Shown here: positions 8,064 to 17,513 of the stretch, in pieces
Numbering within the stretch: position 1 is the stretch's first letter
Layout of the letters: every line of letters starts with the position of its first letter
Assembly: GCA_046590735.1 (NCBI GenBank)
Contig: JBKJUD010000312.1
Coordinates: 1 to 33,039, forward strand
DNA length: 33,039 bases
Reading direction: 5' to 3'
Source: Candidatus Eiseniibacteriota bacterium
GTDB taxonomy: Bacteria; Eisenbacteria; RBG-16-71-46; CAZEPH01
Translations under genes and position numbers: made by a program
The notes under the pieces: model-generated
Seen by the model: the letters and a program-made list of their open reading frames with translations, nothing else
Told to the model about the DNA's origin: nothing
The model's database searches: none

Positions 8064-8750
8064 TCACGGCGCCGCCTTGGCACGCGTGCGGTACTTGCCG
8101 GAGAGCGGGACGCGAATCAGCCAGTACACGGTCGTGAGTAGAACGAGGAGAACCGGCGCGACGAGCACGAACGTCCCGCGCAGCGCGGCCGGAAACACCT
8201 GCTGCTGCCCCAGGAACAACGACGCCACCGCGATGAACAGGGCGACGCACATGCGCCACAGATGCCGCACGATCCGCGCCGTACCGGTGACGCCGCCGGC
8301 CCGGATCATCCGGGCATCCAGCGCGGCCGCCAACAAGGAAAGCGTGCCAAAGGTGAAGTACGCGCCGGCGGGGAAGCCATGCTTCGCGCCCGACGCACTC
8401 CGCGCCGCCTCCAGCCCGTACGCGAATTGCGCGAACCCGATCGCCGCCGCCGCACACAGCGCGATCCCGTCGAAGCGCCGTATCTCGCCGGGACGGCGCC
8501 GGACGATCGCCCAACTCGTGGCAACCAGGTAGAGCGTCAGCAACCCATTCAGCGCCGAGAGCGCCTCGGGTTTGCGGCTCGCCGCGTAGGCGCCCAGCGC
8601 CGCCATGATCGTCATCGACACGAAGAACACGTTGCCGGCGCGGCGGTGCACGCGCCCTCCCTTGCGCGAGAGCAGCGCGACAGCGCCCGAGAGCACGCCC
8701 ACGCCACCCATGCCGACGTGAAGCGCGACGAGCGCGGCGGGCATGACCAT
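8064..8750 (-). CDS. Integral membrane protein, unknown function (228 aa)
   Basis: ORF 8064..8750 with an ATG start, several hydrophobic helices and high third-position G+C. Confidence 0.65.
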   Translation of the reverse strand: MVMPAALVALHVGMGGVGVLSGAVALLSRKGGRVHRRAGNVFFVSMTIMAALGAYAASRKPEALSALNGLLTLYLVATSWAIVRRRPGEIRRFDGIALCAAAAIGFAQFAYGLEAARSASGAKHGFPAGAYFTFGTLSLLAAALDARMIRAGGVTGTARIVRHLWRMCVALFIAVASLFLGQQQVFPAALRGTFVLVAPVLLVLLTTVYWLIRVPLSGKYRTRAKAAP

Positions 8751-8872
8751 TCGACTGCGCCTCCGGTGGGGTTCGCGATGAGCAGGTCGGGGGCGGGCGG
8801 AGGCGGCGGAGCCTCAGTCGCCCGGGCGTCCAAGTGTCCCCGCCGGACCGTATCCGATTCCGGACCGCGCCG

Positions 8873-9580
8873 TCAGCCCGGCCGTGCGCGCGGCAGGCCG
8901 CGCAGGAGCAGCAGCGATCCCATGCTGACCTCGAAGACGAACATCGGCAACATGTACGCGGGATAGATCGCGCCGCGCACATCGGGATAGACGACGAGCA
9001 CCAGCGACCCCGCCGCCAGCAGCGCCGAGGCGGCCACGCCCAGCCACGCCAGCGCCGCCGGGATGTACCGCGACCTGCGCCACAGGACGGCGAAAACCGC
9101 CGAGCCCGCGCCCAGGAACACGAAGGCGACGTTGTAGGCGGCGCCGTGCGCGCCGAGATGGAATCGCATCAGCCCCTGCAATTGTGCGGCGTTGAAGGCC
9201 GCCAGGTATTCCGCGCCACCGATTGCCCGCAGGACATCGAAGTTGCCCAGCGTCATCACGACGCACACCGCCGCGGCGACCAGCCGGAAGCCGGTGGCCA
9301 CCAGGGCCAGGAAGCGGCTCGCCGGCGCGAGCACCGTGAACAGCGCCGCGATCAGCGTGATGTCAGAGGCGAAGGTGAGGATCTCGCAGGCGATCCCCGC
9401 GCGGAACAATCGCTCGTGCGCGAGGAGGTTCTGCGCCGTGACCGACGCGCTGTTGAAGTCGAGGAGCTTGCCGCGCACGAAAGTCTCGGTGAACAGTGCG
9501 AGGATCATCGCGAACAGGTAGGCGAATCCGATGACGCGGGCTGCCATGCGCTGTTCGGCCGTGATGTCGGCGTGGGTCAT
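8873..9580 (-). CDS. DUF4386 family membrane protein (235 aa)
   Basis: ORF 8873..9580: AARVIGFAYLFAMILALFTETFVRGKLL...NLLAHERLFRAGIACEIL...YIPAALAWLGVAASALLAAGSL. This matches my memory of the DUF4386 pattern. Confidence 0.75.
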   Translation of the reverse strand: MTHADITAEQRMAARVIGFAYLFAMILALFTETFVRGKLLDFNSASVTAQNLLAHERLFRAGIACEILTFASDITLIAALFTVLAPASRFLALVATGFRLVAAAVCVVMTLGNFDVLRAIGGAEYLAAFNAAQLQGLMRFHLGAHGAAYNVAFVFLGAGSAVFAVLWRRSRYIPAALAWLGVAASALLAAGSLVLVVYPDVRGAIYPAYMLPMFVFEVSMGSLLLLRGLPRARPG

Positions 9581-9592
9581 GGCGCAGCCTTC

Positions 9593-10528
9593 TCAGTTCG
9601 ATTCGCGCACGCGGCGCAGCCGCATCGCCGCGACCAGGAACACCGCCGCGAGTACCAACCCGGCCCACAATCCGGGCGAGATCACGAATCGGACCGGCGT
9701 GATGATGGACAGCGGATTCCCCCCCGCGCCACCCAGTGCATGAAGGCCCACGGCCCGCTCGTATCCCCCGATCACGCGGTCTCCCAGCAGCGCGGCGAAA
9801 TGCGCGGAACGGAAGGCGATGCCTTCGAAGGCGCAGATGGCGAGCAACGGCAAGGTGGCCCACAGGATGGCGGCCCGCTTCGCCCACGCGGAGGCCAGCA
9901 GCAGCCAGCCGTAGATCGGCGCGTGCCACAGCGCCAGCACCACGAGGGCATACAACAGCGCGAGGGAGGACTCGACGAACTTCACCTGGTCCCACAGTGC
10001 CACGATCGCCGGCGCGTTGCCGAGCAGGACGATCGTGCTCCACGCGAGCATCAGCACCCGGGTCACCATCACGATCGCAAACACGACCGCCGGCAACACC
10101 ACCAGAGGGATGCACGCCTTGGCGAGCACGGTCGTGCGGTCGGACACGGGCAGCGACTTCCAGAACAGCAGGCTGCGATCGCGCCGCTCACCCTGCAGCG
10201 CATCGAGCGAGTAGAACACGCCGACGAGGAAGGCGGTCGCGACCACCATCCCGGCGATGACGTCGAAGGGCGCGGCAAGCAGCTGGTGCAGGTTGTGCGG
10301 ATCCAGCATTGCGACGTGGTGCATCTTGGCCGGCAGGCGGATGGTGCTGATGAGGAAGCCGAACACGAAGACGGCCGCCGCCACCAGCGGCGCGACGTAC
10401 ACCGCGCGGTTTTCCCAGATTTCCCGGCGCACCGACCAGTACAGCGGCCGGGTGGCCGGACGCGGCGCGGGCGCGGTGGCGGCGGCGGCGGGAGTGTCCT
10501 GGAGCACGTCATTCGTCGCCTGTGTCAT
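9593..10528 (-). CDS. ABC transporter permease (311 aa)
   Basis: ORF 9593..10528, multi-helix. The start overlaps the ATPase stop by 4 nt. Contains GERRDRSLLFWKSLPVSDRT. Confidence 0.75.
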   Translation of the reverse strand: MTQATNDVLQDTPAAAATAPAPRPATRPLYWSVRREIWENRAVYVAPLVAAAVFVFGFLISTIRLPAKMHHVAMLDPHNLHQLLAAPFDVIAGMVVATAFLVGVFYSLDALQGERRDRSLLFWKSLPVSDRTTVLAKACIPLVVLPAVVFAIVMVTRVLMLAWSTIVLLGNAPAIVALWDQVKFVESSLALLYALVVLALWHAPIYGWLLLASAWAKRAAILWATLPLLAICAFEGIAFRSAHFAALLGDRVIGGYERAVGLHALGGAGGNPLSIITPVRFVISPGLWAGLVLAAVFLVAAMRLRRVRESN

Positions 10529-11409
10529 CGCGCAACCCCCCGGGCCGGACGAGGCGCGCCGGCCTCGTCGCCCATCACGGCCACGAACAGGTCGGCGATG
10601 CCCGGCCGGCGCACTTCGCCGAGCGGCACGAGATGCTCGCGCGCCACCCGGTCGAACAGCAGAATGCTTCGGCCGAATATCTGGCGTTCATGGATCGGAC
10701 CGAACGCGCGCGCCTGCGTGATGCTGTCGGGAGAGACCAGCAGCTCGAGGTACCGCCCCTCGAATTCTTCCATGCTGCAATCCAGCACGATGCGGCCGCG
10801 GTCGATGAACATGAGGTCGGTCAGCACGTCCTGGATCTCCTCCACCTGGTGCGTCGTCACGACGATGGTGCGGCCGCGCTCGAAGTAGTCGTTGAGCAGC
10901 GTGTCGTAGAACTGCTTGCGATAGAGGATGTCGAGACCGAGCGTCGGTTCGTCGAGCACCAGGAGCTTCGCGTCGATGGCCATGACCAGCGCGAGGTGCA
11001 GCTGCGCAACCATGCCCTTGGACAGCTCGCGGACCTTGCTTGTGTTCTTGATCGTGGTCCGGGCGAGGAACGCCTCGGCCCGTGCGCGATCGAAGCGCGG
11101 ATGCACGCCGGCGACATAGTCGACCGCCTGCGACACCTTGAGCCAGCGCGGCAGCACGGCGACATCGGCGATGAAGCAGACATCGTTCATGAGCGTGTCG
11201 CGCTCGGTCCACGGGTTGCGCCCGAGCACCGTGAGCTGGCCGTCGAAGGGCGTGAGGCCGAGGATCGCCTTGAGCGCTGTCGTCTTGCCGGCGCCGTTGG
11301 GCCCGATGAGGCCGAGGATGCGGCCTTCCTCGACGCGTAGGTCGATGCCGTCGAGCGCCACGGAGGCGCCGAAGGACTTGCGGAGAGCGCGTGCTTCTAT
11401 CATTGCCAT
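10525..11409 (-). CDS. ABC transporter ATP-binding protein (294 aa)
   Basis: ORF 10525..11409. Walker A GPNGAGKTT, signature-like LSKGM, Walker B LLVLDEPTLGLD. Confidence 0.9.
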   Translation of the reverse strand: MAMIEARALRKSFGASVALDGIDLRVEEGRILGLIGPNGAGKTTALKAILGLTPFDGQLTVLGRNPWTERDTLMNDVCFIADVAVLPRWLKVSQAVDYVAGVHPRFDRARAEAFLARTTIKNTSKVRELSKGMVAQLHLALVMAIDAKLLVLDEPTLGLDILYRKQFYDTLLNDYFERGRTIVVTTHQVEEIQDVLTDLMFIDRGRIVLDCSMEEFEGRYLELLVSPDSITQARAFGPIHERQIFGRSILLFDRVAREHLVPLGEVRRPGIADLFVAVMGDEAGAPRPARGVAR

Positions 11410-11413
11410 GGCG

Positions 11414-11797
11414 TCAGCGATCCTTCTCTGCGGAGTGGGGCGGCGGCGCGGCGGCGGCGGCCAGTTCGTCGGGGGTGAGGCCGAGGCGCCGAATGGTGGC
11501 GGAGATGCGCGGCCACTGCTCGGCGAGGAAGCGTGCGCGTTCGCCTTGCAGCAGCAGTACGCGCGCCCCGGCGTTGACGAACATGCCGCGGCCTCGCCGG
11601 CTCTCGACCAGGTTCTCGTCGACGAGCTGTTGGTAACCCTTCAGCACCGTGATCGGATTGACCCGATAGTCCGCGGCGACGTGACGCACGGAGGGCAGCG
11701 GATCGCCCTCCTTCAACACGCCGTCGAGGATCAGCTCGACGACGCCGTCGCGCAGCTGGCGGTAGATCGGCTGACTGTCGTTCCATTCACGGTCCAT
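11414..11797 (-). CDS. GntR-family (YtrA-like) transcriptional regulator (127 aa)
   Basis: ORF 11414..11857 trimmed to MDREWNDSQPIYRQLRDGVVELILDGVLKEGDPLPSVRHVAADYRVNPITVLKGYQQLVDENLVESRRGRGMFV (ATG 11797-11795). It is the first gene of the GntR-ATPase-permease unit. Confidence 0.85.
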   Translation of the reverse strand: MDREWNDSQPIYRQLRDGVVELILDGVLKEGDPLPSVRHVAADYRVNPITVLKGYQQLVDENLVESRRGRGMFVNAGARVLLLQGERARFLAEQWPRISATIRRLGLTPDELAAAAAPPPHSAEKDR

Positions 11798-11907
11798 CGT
11801 CGGGTGTCCGCTCGCGCTTCCAGTGGAGGGGGCGGCCCGGTGGCCGCCCAGGTTCACCGCTCCCGGCCTCGGGCTACAAAGGACAGGCGGCCGAAAACCT
11901 ACTGAGA

Positions 11908-11927
11908 TAGTTAACTACAACACTAGT
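11908..11927. promoter_or_regulatory. Candidate operator: perfect 10-bp palindrome TAGTTAACTA plus ACTAGT in an AT-rich patch upstream of the GntR operon
   Basis: tagttaactacaacactagt lies 111-130 nt upstream of the GntR start. On the minus strand TTGACT (11930-11925) overlaps it. I could not find a convincing -10 hexamer. Confidence 0.3.
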
Positions 11928-12032
11928 CAACATGCAAGGAATTTTTTGAAGGCAGGACGAATGGGGGCCTGGAGGCCGACTTGCGACACCTCGGCGGCAG
12001 AGCGAAGGGCGCCAGGCGGCTGTGGCGCGATC

Positions 12033-12326
12033 CTACCAGCCAAGCAGGGCGACGGGCACGAGCGCGGCCAGCGCCGCGGCGCCCTGCAACCCAAGGATCG
12101 GAAGGGCGCGCCGGGGCGATCGCGCCAACTCGGTGAATGCGAAGTATCCGACGAGCGGAATCTGGAGCGCCATGAGCGCCTGCCAGAGGTGGGCTGCGAT
12201 TCCCTCGTCGGCCTGTGGCGCCGGCCCGTGCAGGGCCAGCGCGGCCAGCACGACCGCCAGCGCACCGAGGGACAGGACAACCGGCAGGAATGCACTGGGG
12301 TGACGGAGCAGCGGTCGCGACGTCAT
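12033..12326 (-). CDS. Small membrane protein (97 aa)
   Basis: Tail of ORF 12033..12956: MTSRPLLRHPSAFLPVVLSLGALAVVLAALALHG...LPILGLQGAAALAALVPVALLGW. ATG at 12326-12324. Confidence 0.55.
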   Translation of the reverse strand: MTSRPLLRHPSAFLPVVLSLGALAVVLAALALHGPAPQADEGIAAHLWQALMALQIPLVGYFAFTELARSPRRALPILGLQGAAALAALVPVALLGW

Positions 12327-12370
12327 GTGACTTCTCCCGTTCACGGAGCGCCCGCCCGCGCCCTCCGTGC

Positions 12371-13030
12371 CTAGCTCGGTTGCTTGACCAGGCGCAGGTA
12401 CGGCTTGGGCGCACGCCAGCCGTCCGGATACATCCCCTTCGCCTCGTCGTCGGACACCGACGTGACGATGATCACGTCCTCGCCGTGCTTCCAGTTCGCC
12501 GGCGTCGCCACCTTGTGCTTCGCGGTGAGCTGCATCGAGTCGAGCACGCGCAGGATCTCGTCGAAGTTGCGGCCGGTTGTCATCGGGTAGGTCAGCATCA
12601 GCTTGATCTTCTTGTCCGGACCGATGATGAACACCGAGCGCACGGTCTGATTGTTGACGGCGGTGCGTCCCTCGGAGGTGCCCTCCTCGTCGGCGGGCAG
12701 CATGTTGTACAGCTTGGCCACCGCCAGATCGCTGTCTGCGATGATGGGGTAGCCGACCGTCGCGCCCTGCGTTTCCTCGATGTCGGCGAGCCAGCGGCTG
12801 TGGCTGTCGACCGGGTCGACGCTCAGGCCAATGAGTTTCGCCCCGCGCTTGGTGAACTCCGGCTCGATCCGGGCCATGTACCCCAGCTCCGTCGTGCAGA
12901 CAGGCGTGAAGTCCTTCGGGTGCGAGAAGAGAATCGCCCAGCCCTCGCCGATCCACTGGTGGAAGTCGATGGTGCCGTGCGTGGTCGCCGCGGTGAAGTT
13001 CGGGGCGACGTCATTGATGCGCAGTGACAT
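12371..13030 (-). CDS. 1-Cys peroxiredoxin (Prx6-type), 219 aa
   Basis: ORF 12371..13030 with FSHPKDFTPVCTTELG. GGAGG lies 5 nt upstream of the ATG. Confidence 0.9.
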   Translation of the reverse strand: MSLRINDVAPNFTAATTHGTIDFHQWIGEGWAILFSHPKDFTPVCTTELGYMARIEPEFTKRGAKLIGLSVDPVDSHSRWLADIEETQGATVGYPIIADSDLAVAKLYNMLPADEEGTSEGRTAVNNQTVRSVFIIGPDKKIKLMLTYPMTTGRNFDEILRVLDSMQLTAKHKVATPANWKHGEDVIIVTSVSDDEAKGMYPDGWRAPKPYLRLVKQPS

Positions 13031-13215
13031 GGGAGCCTCCGGGGATGTGGGTGGGAGCGCACCGTGCTCCGGCTCGAGGTCGAGGAGGCCAAGCGCGACG
13101 CGCAGAGGGCGCGCCGCCTGAGCCTTCTCACACGCTACGAAGGTCGCGGGCCGCTGTCAACGGCGGCGCGGCGCGTCCGCGATCTCGACCGACAGCTTGG
13201 GCGCGTCCCTCTTCA

Positions 13216-13983
13216 TCAGGGTCCGATCAGCCCCAGGGTGCTGCCGCTGGGGTCGGTGAAGTAGGCGAAGGTCGCCATGCCCGGCATGCCCATCGGGTCG
13301 CCCAGGCGCGTGCCGCCGGCCTGCTCGAGTTCCTCGAGCTTCGCCGCCGCGTCGCGCGCGTAGATGTAGGCCACCGCCGGCAGCGTTGGCGTGTGGGACT
13401 GGAAGACGCCGCCGGGGCCCGTGCCGGGATCGAAGCCCACGAACTGCGGCATCGTCTCGCAGGTGCCCCAGCCGAACTGCTCGTGGAAGAACGCCGCGGC
13501 CGCGTCGCCGTCGGCCGCGTACATCTCGAGGCTGCAGAGCGCGCCCGGATACGGCTTCGCGTTTCCGCCGAAGGGCAGCGGCATGTGCGTGAGGCCCGCT
13601 GCCATCGTCCGGCCGGTGAGCCCCCAGATCGTGCCGCTGGCGTCCGCGAACCGCGCCATCGCGCCGATCATCGGGATCTTCCACGGCGCCTTCTCGGCGC
13701 TCGCCCCGGCGGCGAGCACGCGGTCGAACGCGGCGGGCACGTCATCCACCGCGATGTAGGGCACCACTCCCGGGAAGCCTTCCGGCATGTTGGAGCGCAG
13801 GGCACACGCGGGGCCGCCGGGCGCTTCCAGCGCGATCAACTCCGGCGACAACGGTTGCGCGCGCCAGCCGAAGATCTTCTCGTAGAAGGCGCGTGAGGCT
13901 GCCAGGTCGGTCGCGGTGATGACCACGAGCGCGACGGGATTCTGGCCGGTGCCGGCCGGGATTTCGGGAAACTCGAACGCCAT
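13216..13983 (-). CDS. Two-domain VOC (glyoxalase/bleomycin-resistance/dioxygenase) family protein, 255 aa
   Basis: ORF 13216..13983. Two repeats of the VOC pattern (FYEKIFGWRAQP... and FFHEQFGWGTCE...). Confidence 0.8.
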   Translation of the reverse strand: MAFEFPEIPAGTGQNPVALVVITATDLAASRAFYEKIFGWRAQPLSPELIALEAPGGPACALRSNMPEGFPGVVPYIAVDDVPAAFDRVLAAGASAEKAPWKIPMIGAMARFADASGTIWGLTGRTMAAGLTHMPLPFGGNAKPYPGALCSLEMYAADGDAAAAFFHEQFGWGTCETMPQFVGFDPGTGPGGVFQSHTPTLPAVAYIYARDAAAKLEELEQAGGTRLGDPMGMPGMATFAYFTDPSGSTLGLIGP

Positions 13984-14088
13984 TGCACGGAGCTCCTTCC
14001 GGTTGGGGGCAGTGGCGCGGGATCGAAGCGCGGCAGATTGTGGCAGAACTGCGACGGATCGTCAGGCGTCAGCGGCTGGCGCTGACGT

Positions 14089-15543
14089 TCACGTGCGGCG
14101 CACTCCCTCGGCGATGCGGTCGCCGACGCCCTGGTCGATGTTGCGCCAGTACTCGAACGCGCGCTGCAGCACGGGCTCGGACACGTCGGCCTTGAGATGT
14201 CCGACGACGTTGGACACCAGGCGGTCGCGTGCCGCGTCGTCCATCACCGTGCGCACCAGCGTGCCGGCCTGGCCGAAGTCGTCGTCCTCCGTGTGGAGGC
14301 TGTAGGCCGCGCGCACGAATTCGCCGTTGGCTTCCCATGTGGCGACTTCCGGATAGCGCTCCGGGTCTGCCGCCGGCCCGCCCTTGGAGTTCGGCGTGTA
14401 CACGGGATCGGCGACGTTGCGGATGCGCATCGCGCCGTCCTTGCTGTAGCTGTTCACCGGCGCCTGCGGCGCGTTGACCGGGATCTGCTTGTAGTTGACG
14501 CCCAGGCGGTGGCGGTGCGCGTCGGCGTAGGCAAAGAGGCGGCCGAGCAGCATCTTGTCCGGGCTGATGCCGATTCCCGGCACGAGATTATTCGGCTCGA
14601 ACGCTGCCTGCTCGATCTCGGTGTGATGATCGGTCGGGTTCCGCGTCAGCGTCAGCCGGCCGACCTCGTGCAGCGGGTAGTCGCCGTGTGGCCACACCTT
14701 GGTGAGGTCGAAGGGGTTGAAGCGGTAGGTCTTCGCCTCGTCGAAGGGCATGATCTGCATATGCAGCGTCCAACTCGGGTGCTCGCCGCGCTTGATCGCC
14801 TCGAACAGGTCGCGCCGGTGGTAGTCACCATCCACGCCGGCGAGACGGTCCGCCTCGGCCTGCTCGAGAAACTCGATGCCCTGGTCGGTCTTGAAGTGAT
14901 ACTTCACCCAGAAGCGGTCGCCCTGGGCGTTGACCCACATGTAGGTGTGACTCGAGTAGCCGTTCATGTGCCGCCATGACTTGGGGATCCCGCGGTCGCC
15001 CATCAGCACCGTCACCTGGTGCGCCGACTCGGGCGAGAGCGTCCAGAAGTCCCACTGCATGTCGTGGTCGCGCAGGCCGCTGTCCGCGCGGCGCTTCTGC
15101 GAGCGGATGAAGTGCTGGAACTTCATCGGGTCGCGCAGGAAGAATACTGGCGTGTTGTTCCCCACCATGTCGTAGTTGCCTTCGGTGGTGTAGAACTTCA
15201 GCGCGAAGCCGCGCGGGTCGCGCCAGGTGTCGGGGCTGCCGATCTCGCCGGCGACGGTGGAGAAGCGGATGAGCGTATCCGTCTTCGTCTTCGGCTGGAA
15301 CACCGCGGCCTTCGTGTAGGCGCTGACGTCCTTGGTCACCTCGAAGTGCCCGAACGCCCCGGAGCCCTTCGCATGCGGCTGGCGCTCCGGAATCTTCTCG
15401 CGGTTGAAATTGGCCATCTGCTCGATGAGATAGCTGTCTTGCAAGAGGATCGGCCCGTCGGGCCCGACGGTGAGCGAGTGCTCGGTGCTGGGGACGGGAA
15501 TGCCGGCGTCGGTCGTCGTGGGCTTGCGGTCGTCGCGTGCCAT
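14089..15543 (-). CDS. katA: Monofunctional small-subunit catalase (484 aa)
   Basis: ORF 14089..15552. [20 protein letters not shown] and the rest of the catalase core are clear. I prefer the ATG at 15543 (MARDDRK), 8 nt after AAGGAG, over the GTG at 15552. Confidence 0.95.
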   Translation of the reverse strand: MARDDRKPTTTDAGIPVPSTEHSLTVGPDGPILLQDSYLIEQMANFNREKIPERQPHAKGSGAFGHFEVTKDVSAYTKAAVFQPKTKTDTLIRFSTVAGEIGSPDTWRDPRGFALKFYTTEGNYDMVGNNTPVFFLRDPMKFQHFIRSQKRRADSGLRDHDMQWDFWTLSPESAHQVTVLMGDRGIPKSWRHMNGYSSHTYMWVNAQGDRFWVKYHFKTDQGIEFLEQAEADRLAGVDGDYHRRDLFEAIKRGEHPSWTLHMQIMPFDEAKTYRFNPFDLTKVWPHGDYPLHEVGRLTLTRNPTDHHTEIEQAAFEPNNLVPGIGISPDKMLLGRLFAYADAHRHRLGVNYKQIPVNAPQAPVNSYSKDGAMRIRNVADPVYTPNSKGGPAADPERYPEVATWEANGEFVRAAYSLHTEDDDFGQAGTLVRTVMDDAARDRLVSNVVGHLKADVSEPVLQRAFEYWRNIDQGVGDRIAEGVRRT

Positions 15544-15754
15544 CGGGGTCACTCCTTTGCGTCGCGGGTGGACCCGGCGAATCGATCCGGGGCTCGTGTA
15601 TCGCGCTCAGATCATTCGTCGGGGCGCGGGGAGGTCACGAGGGTAGCCGCTGCCTCCCACGTCTCACAAGCCTCGACTTGCCCGGCGGCACACCGCTGAG
15701 CCGCCGTTTCCCGCGCGAATTCCCGCAACGCGGAGGGGGATGCGATGCTGCGGT

Positions 15755-16627
15755 TCACGGCACCTGCCAAATCCCCTGCTGGATGCCGCCGAACATGTAG
15801 ATGGCGATCATCCCGCGTCCCGCCAGCTCGACGGGAGGCAGGGCAATCGTGGCGCCGAGTTGCTCGGCTGCCCGCGTGGCGGCTTCGACGTCCGCCACGC
15901 GGATGTAGGTGCGCACGACAGGCTCCTCTGTCTCGTGCATCGGGGCGCGGATGCCGCAGAGTCCACCGCCTGGCAGCGCCGCGACGCGCGCGTCGCCGAG
16001 TTCGGCGGCGGCGGGTTCAAAGCTCCAACCGTAGGCTGTGCCGTACAGGCGGCAGGCCGCCTCGACGTCCGGCGTCACGATCTCGAGGTAGTGCAGGGCG
16101 TGTTCGGGAACGGGCATCGCAGGGCCTCCGTGGGTTGTCGTCGGGCTCTCGCTTTTCTTCGGCTTCTTCCAGCCGTGCCGTTCCGGGTTGAGCGCGAGTC
16201 GGACCGAGGGTCCCTTGTACCCGGCATTGTCCCCTGTGAACCGGCTTACGATGGAGAAGCCTTCACTCAGGTACAGGGCGATCGCGGCGGCGTTGTTGCC
16301 GCAGGCGTAGGTCCAGGCGTCCTCGCCCAGGCGCGCCATGCAATGCCGCAGGAGCGCCCGGCCGATTCCCTGGCGGTAGTGGGCCGGATCCACGTACAGC
16401 CACGCGAAGTACGGATCGTCGATGCCCGCGAATCCGACGATTTCGTCCCCCTGCAGGGCGACGAACATCTCGCAGACGTCGATGTACTCGCGCTCGGGGT
16501 CCTCGGCCAGTGGGATGAACGCGCGCGGATCGAAGGAACCGCGCAACTCGTCGGGGCGGGCGCGATCGTGCACGCGGCAGATGGCGGGCCAGTCGTCCGG
16601 GCGATAGTCGCGGATGAGGGTGGTCAT
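15755..16627 (-). CDS. GNAT acetyltransferase fused in frame to a VOC-family domain (290 aa)
   Basis: ORF 15755..16837 trimmed to MTTLIRDYRPDDW (ATG 16627-16625). GNAT motif A is YRQGIGRALL. After the linker HGWKKPKKSESPTTTHGGPA comes MPVPEHALHYLEIVTPDVEAACRLYGTAYGW...GGIQQGIWQVP, with no stop between the two parts. Confidence 0.8.
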   Translation of the reverse strand: MTTLIRDYRPDDWPAICRVHDRARPDELRGSFDPRAFIPLAEDPEREYIDVCEMFVALQGDEIVGFAGIDDPYFAWLYVDPAHYRQGIGRALLRHCMARLGEDAWTYACGNNAAAIALYLSEGFSIVSRFTGDNAGYKGPSVRLALNPERHGWKKPKKSESPTTTHGGPAMPVPEHALHYLEIVTPDVEAACRLYGTAYGWSFEPAAAELGDARVAALPGGGLCGIRAPMHETEEPVVRTYIRVADVEAATRAAEQLGATIALPPVELAGRGMIAIYMFGGIQQGIWQVP

Positions 16628-16641
16628 GAGGCGCTCCGGCG

Positions 16642-16782
16642 TCAGGGGTTCGTGACCGGCGGCGGGAACGCCCCTGTAGCGCCTGCGAAGCCGCCGACGG
16701 CGGCAGCGGCAAACGAGAGAAGCAGCCTGCCGAGCAGCCCCACGGCCTGGGCTGACGGGGACAGTCCCACCGCGTGTCTCAT
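16642..16782 (-). CDS. Possible small hydrophobic protein (46 aa)
   Basis: MRHAVGLSPSAQAVGLLGRLLLSFAAAAVGGFAGATGAFPPPVTNP. Its ATG (16782-16780) overlaps the MOSC TGA as ATGA. Third positions are mostly G/C. It ends 14 nt before the GNAT start. Confidence 0.35.
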   Translation of the reverse strand: MRHAVGLSPSAQAVGLLGRLLLSFAAAAVGGFAGATGAFPPPVTNP

Positions 16783-17504
16783 GTGTGGAGGACGACGATC
16801 TGTCCGACCTCCAACCGGCCCGGGCGCGTGACGACACCGTAGATGCCGGCGTTGTTCCGATTCATGCGCACGATCGTCCGCAAGACGCGGGGATCGGATC
16901 GCGCCGAGTCCGGATCGAGGTTCACCATCGAGCACCGCTCGTCGGGCATGGTGACGCTCACGCGCGGACCGCTGCCCGCTTCGCCGAACGCCAGCGTGCC
17001 GCCGACCCACTGGTCTTCCTGGAAGGCGTCCGGTCGCAGCAGGCGGACGACGATGTTCGGGCGAAACCGGCGCATGTCGGGAGCCGAGCCCGCGGCGCTT
17101 TCGATTTCACGCACGGTGTCCGTGCTGATGACGGACACGCTGGCTTCGTCGAAGATGCCCTGGCGCAACGCCATCATCTGCACCGGTGCGCCGTGCCGCC
17201 GCTCGATGTCCGCCGCCAGCGCATCGCCGAAGGTGTCCAGCTCCTGGCCGTCGGGCGTGCGGACGTGCGTCGGCGCGCCGGCTTCGTTGATGTCGCCGAC
17301 CAGCGGCGTGAACTGGAGCAGCTCGGGCAGCGTGCTCGCCGAGAGCCACGGGAAGCTGCCGCGATCCCGCATTTTCCGCAATGCAAGCCGCCGGTCGCCG
17401 GCGATCCCGTGCCAGGCAAGATCGGCGCCGGCGAGGCGGGTGCCGGCCATGGACTTCACGGGATAGCGGTAGAGCGCGTCGATATGTCCGATCTCGAGGG
17501 CCAT
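16779..17504 (-). CDS. MOSC domain protein (241 aa)
   Basis: ORF 16779..17504: LYRYPVKSMAG (MOSC N-terminal barrel) plus RFRPNIVV and the C-terminal MOSC region. Confidence 0.85.
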   Translation of the reverse strand: MALEIGHIDALYRYPVKSMAGTRLAGADLAWHGIAGDRRLALRKMRDRGSFPWLSASTLPELLQFTPLVGDINEAGAPTHVRTPDGQELDTFGDALAADIERRHGAPVQMMALRQGIFDEASVSVISTDTVREIESAAGSAPDMRRFRPNIVVRLLRPDAFQEDQWVGGTLAFGEAGSGPRVSVTMPDERCSMVNLDPDSARSDPRVLRTIVRMNRNNAGIYGVVTRPGRLEVGQIVVLHT

Positions 17505-17513
17505 GCACGCACG

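Noticed and set aside
8834-10888. Very long plus-strand ORFs (684 aa here; also 2782..4860, 16785..18845, 26023..28569, 6926..8023)
   Set aside because: They lie antisense to clearly recognisable minus-strand genes (ABC permease/DUF4386, kinase, MOSC/VOC, gyrB, SPFH). Their translations are Arg/Gly/His/Asp-rich low-complexity strings. These are the usual stop-poor shadow frames of GC-rich DNA.
14067-14087. Hairpin CGTCAGC-N7-GCTGACG one nt after the catalase stop as an intrinsic terminator
   Set aside because: The stem is short and no U-tract follows on the coding strand. It may still act as a stabiliser or weak terminator, but I cannot support a call.
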